Shown here in pieces: positions 63,953 to 64,000 of a stretch of 64,000 nucleotides of DNA. Source of the DNA: an uncultured delta proteobacterium (GTDB taxonomy: Bacteria; Desulfobacterota; WTBG01); assembly GCA_963793865.1 (NCBI GenBank), contig CAWCBP010000004.1, positions 192,001 to 256,000 of the forward strand, in the 5' to 3' direction. The notes under the pieces were generated by a model. The model did no database searches. It was not told the origin of the DNA and saw only the letters and a list, made by a program, of their open reading frames with translations. Every line of letters begins with the position of its first letter. Position 1 is the stretch's first letter. The position numbers and the translations under genes are program-made.

Positions 63953-64000
63953 ATGGCAAAGGATGATTTGAAGAAAAAGGTGGCGGAATTAATCAGAAGC
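63953..64000 (+). CDS. Partial ORF running off the window
   Basis: AGGAGG SD then MAKDDLKKKVAELIRS. Confidence 0.6.
   Translation, partial: MAKDDLKKKVAELIRS

Overview
64 kb of gene-dense bacterial chromosome, most consistent with an anaerobic deltaproteobacterium (Desulfobacterota-like; inferred from gene content only). No rRNA, tRNA or CRISPR array was seen. From left to right: (1) a nitrogen locus with glnA and gdhA divergent from an NrpR-family repressor and a KaiC-like/PEP-synthase-like ATP-grasp protein, followed by a convergent GlnR-like orphan OmpR regulator, with candidate operators in the intergenic DNA; (2) a minus-strand run with asd, an aminotransferase, glmS, a REC-GGDEF protein, a lipid A acyltransferase, dut, YtxH, asparaginase II and a lytic transglycosylase; (3) an AT-rich islet, then suhB-uvrC-acyP and a GAF-GGDEF protein; (4) a GT2 plus GT-C glycosylation cluster; (5) gatB-mtnA-ilvE-5-FCL, a sigma-70 region-2-only protein and PBP1A; (6) Fe-S redox genes and a stand-alone OmcA/MtrC-type decaheme lipoprotein; (7) a Y1/HUH (RAYT-like) transposase bounded by 28-bp inverted repeats; (8) comM, moaC, dksA and galT; (9) a 1304-aa Cys-rich repeat protein ahead of a type IV minor-pilin/PilY1 operon with a sigma54-type promoter; (10) a HEAT-repeat plus HD-GYP pair sharing an N-terminal domain. 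Four REP-like repeat families are scattered in intergenic DNA. About 15 single-base frameshifts in 12 genes, including essential ones, point to assembly indel errors rather than true pseudogenes. The best candidate for an undescribed system is the nitrogen-control module at 304-7744.
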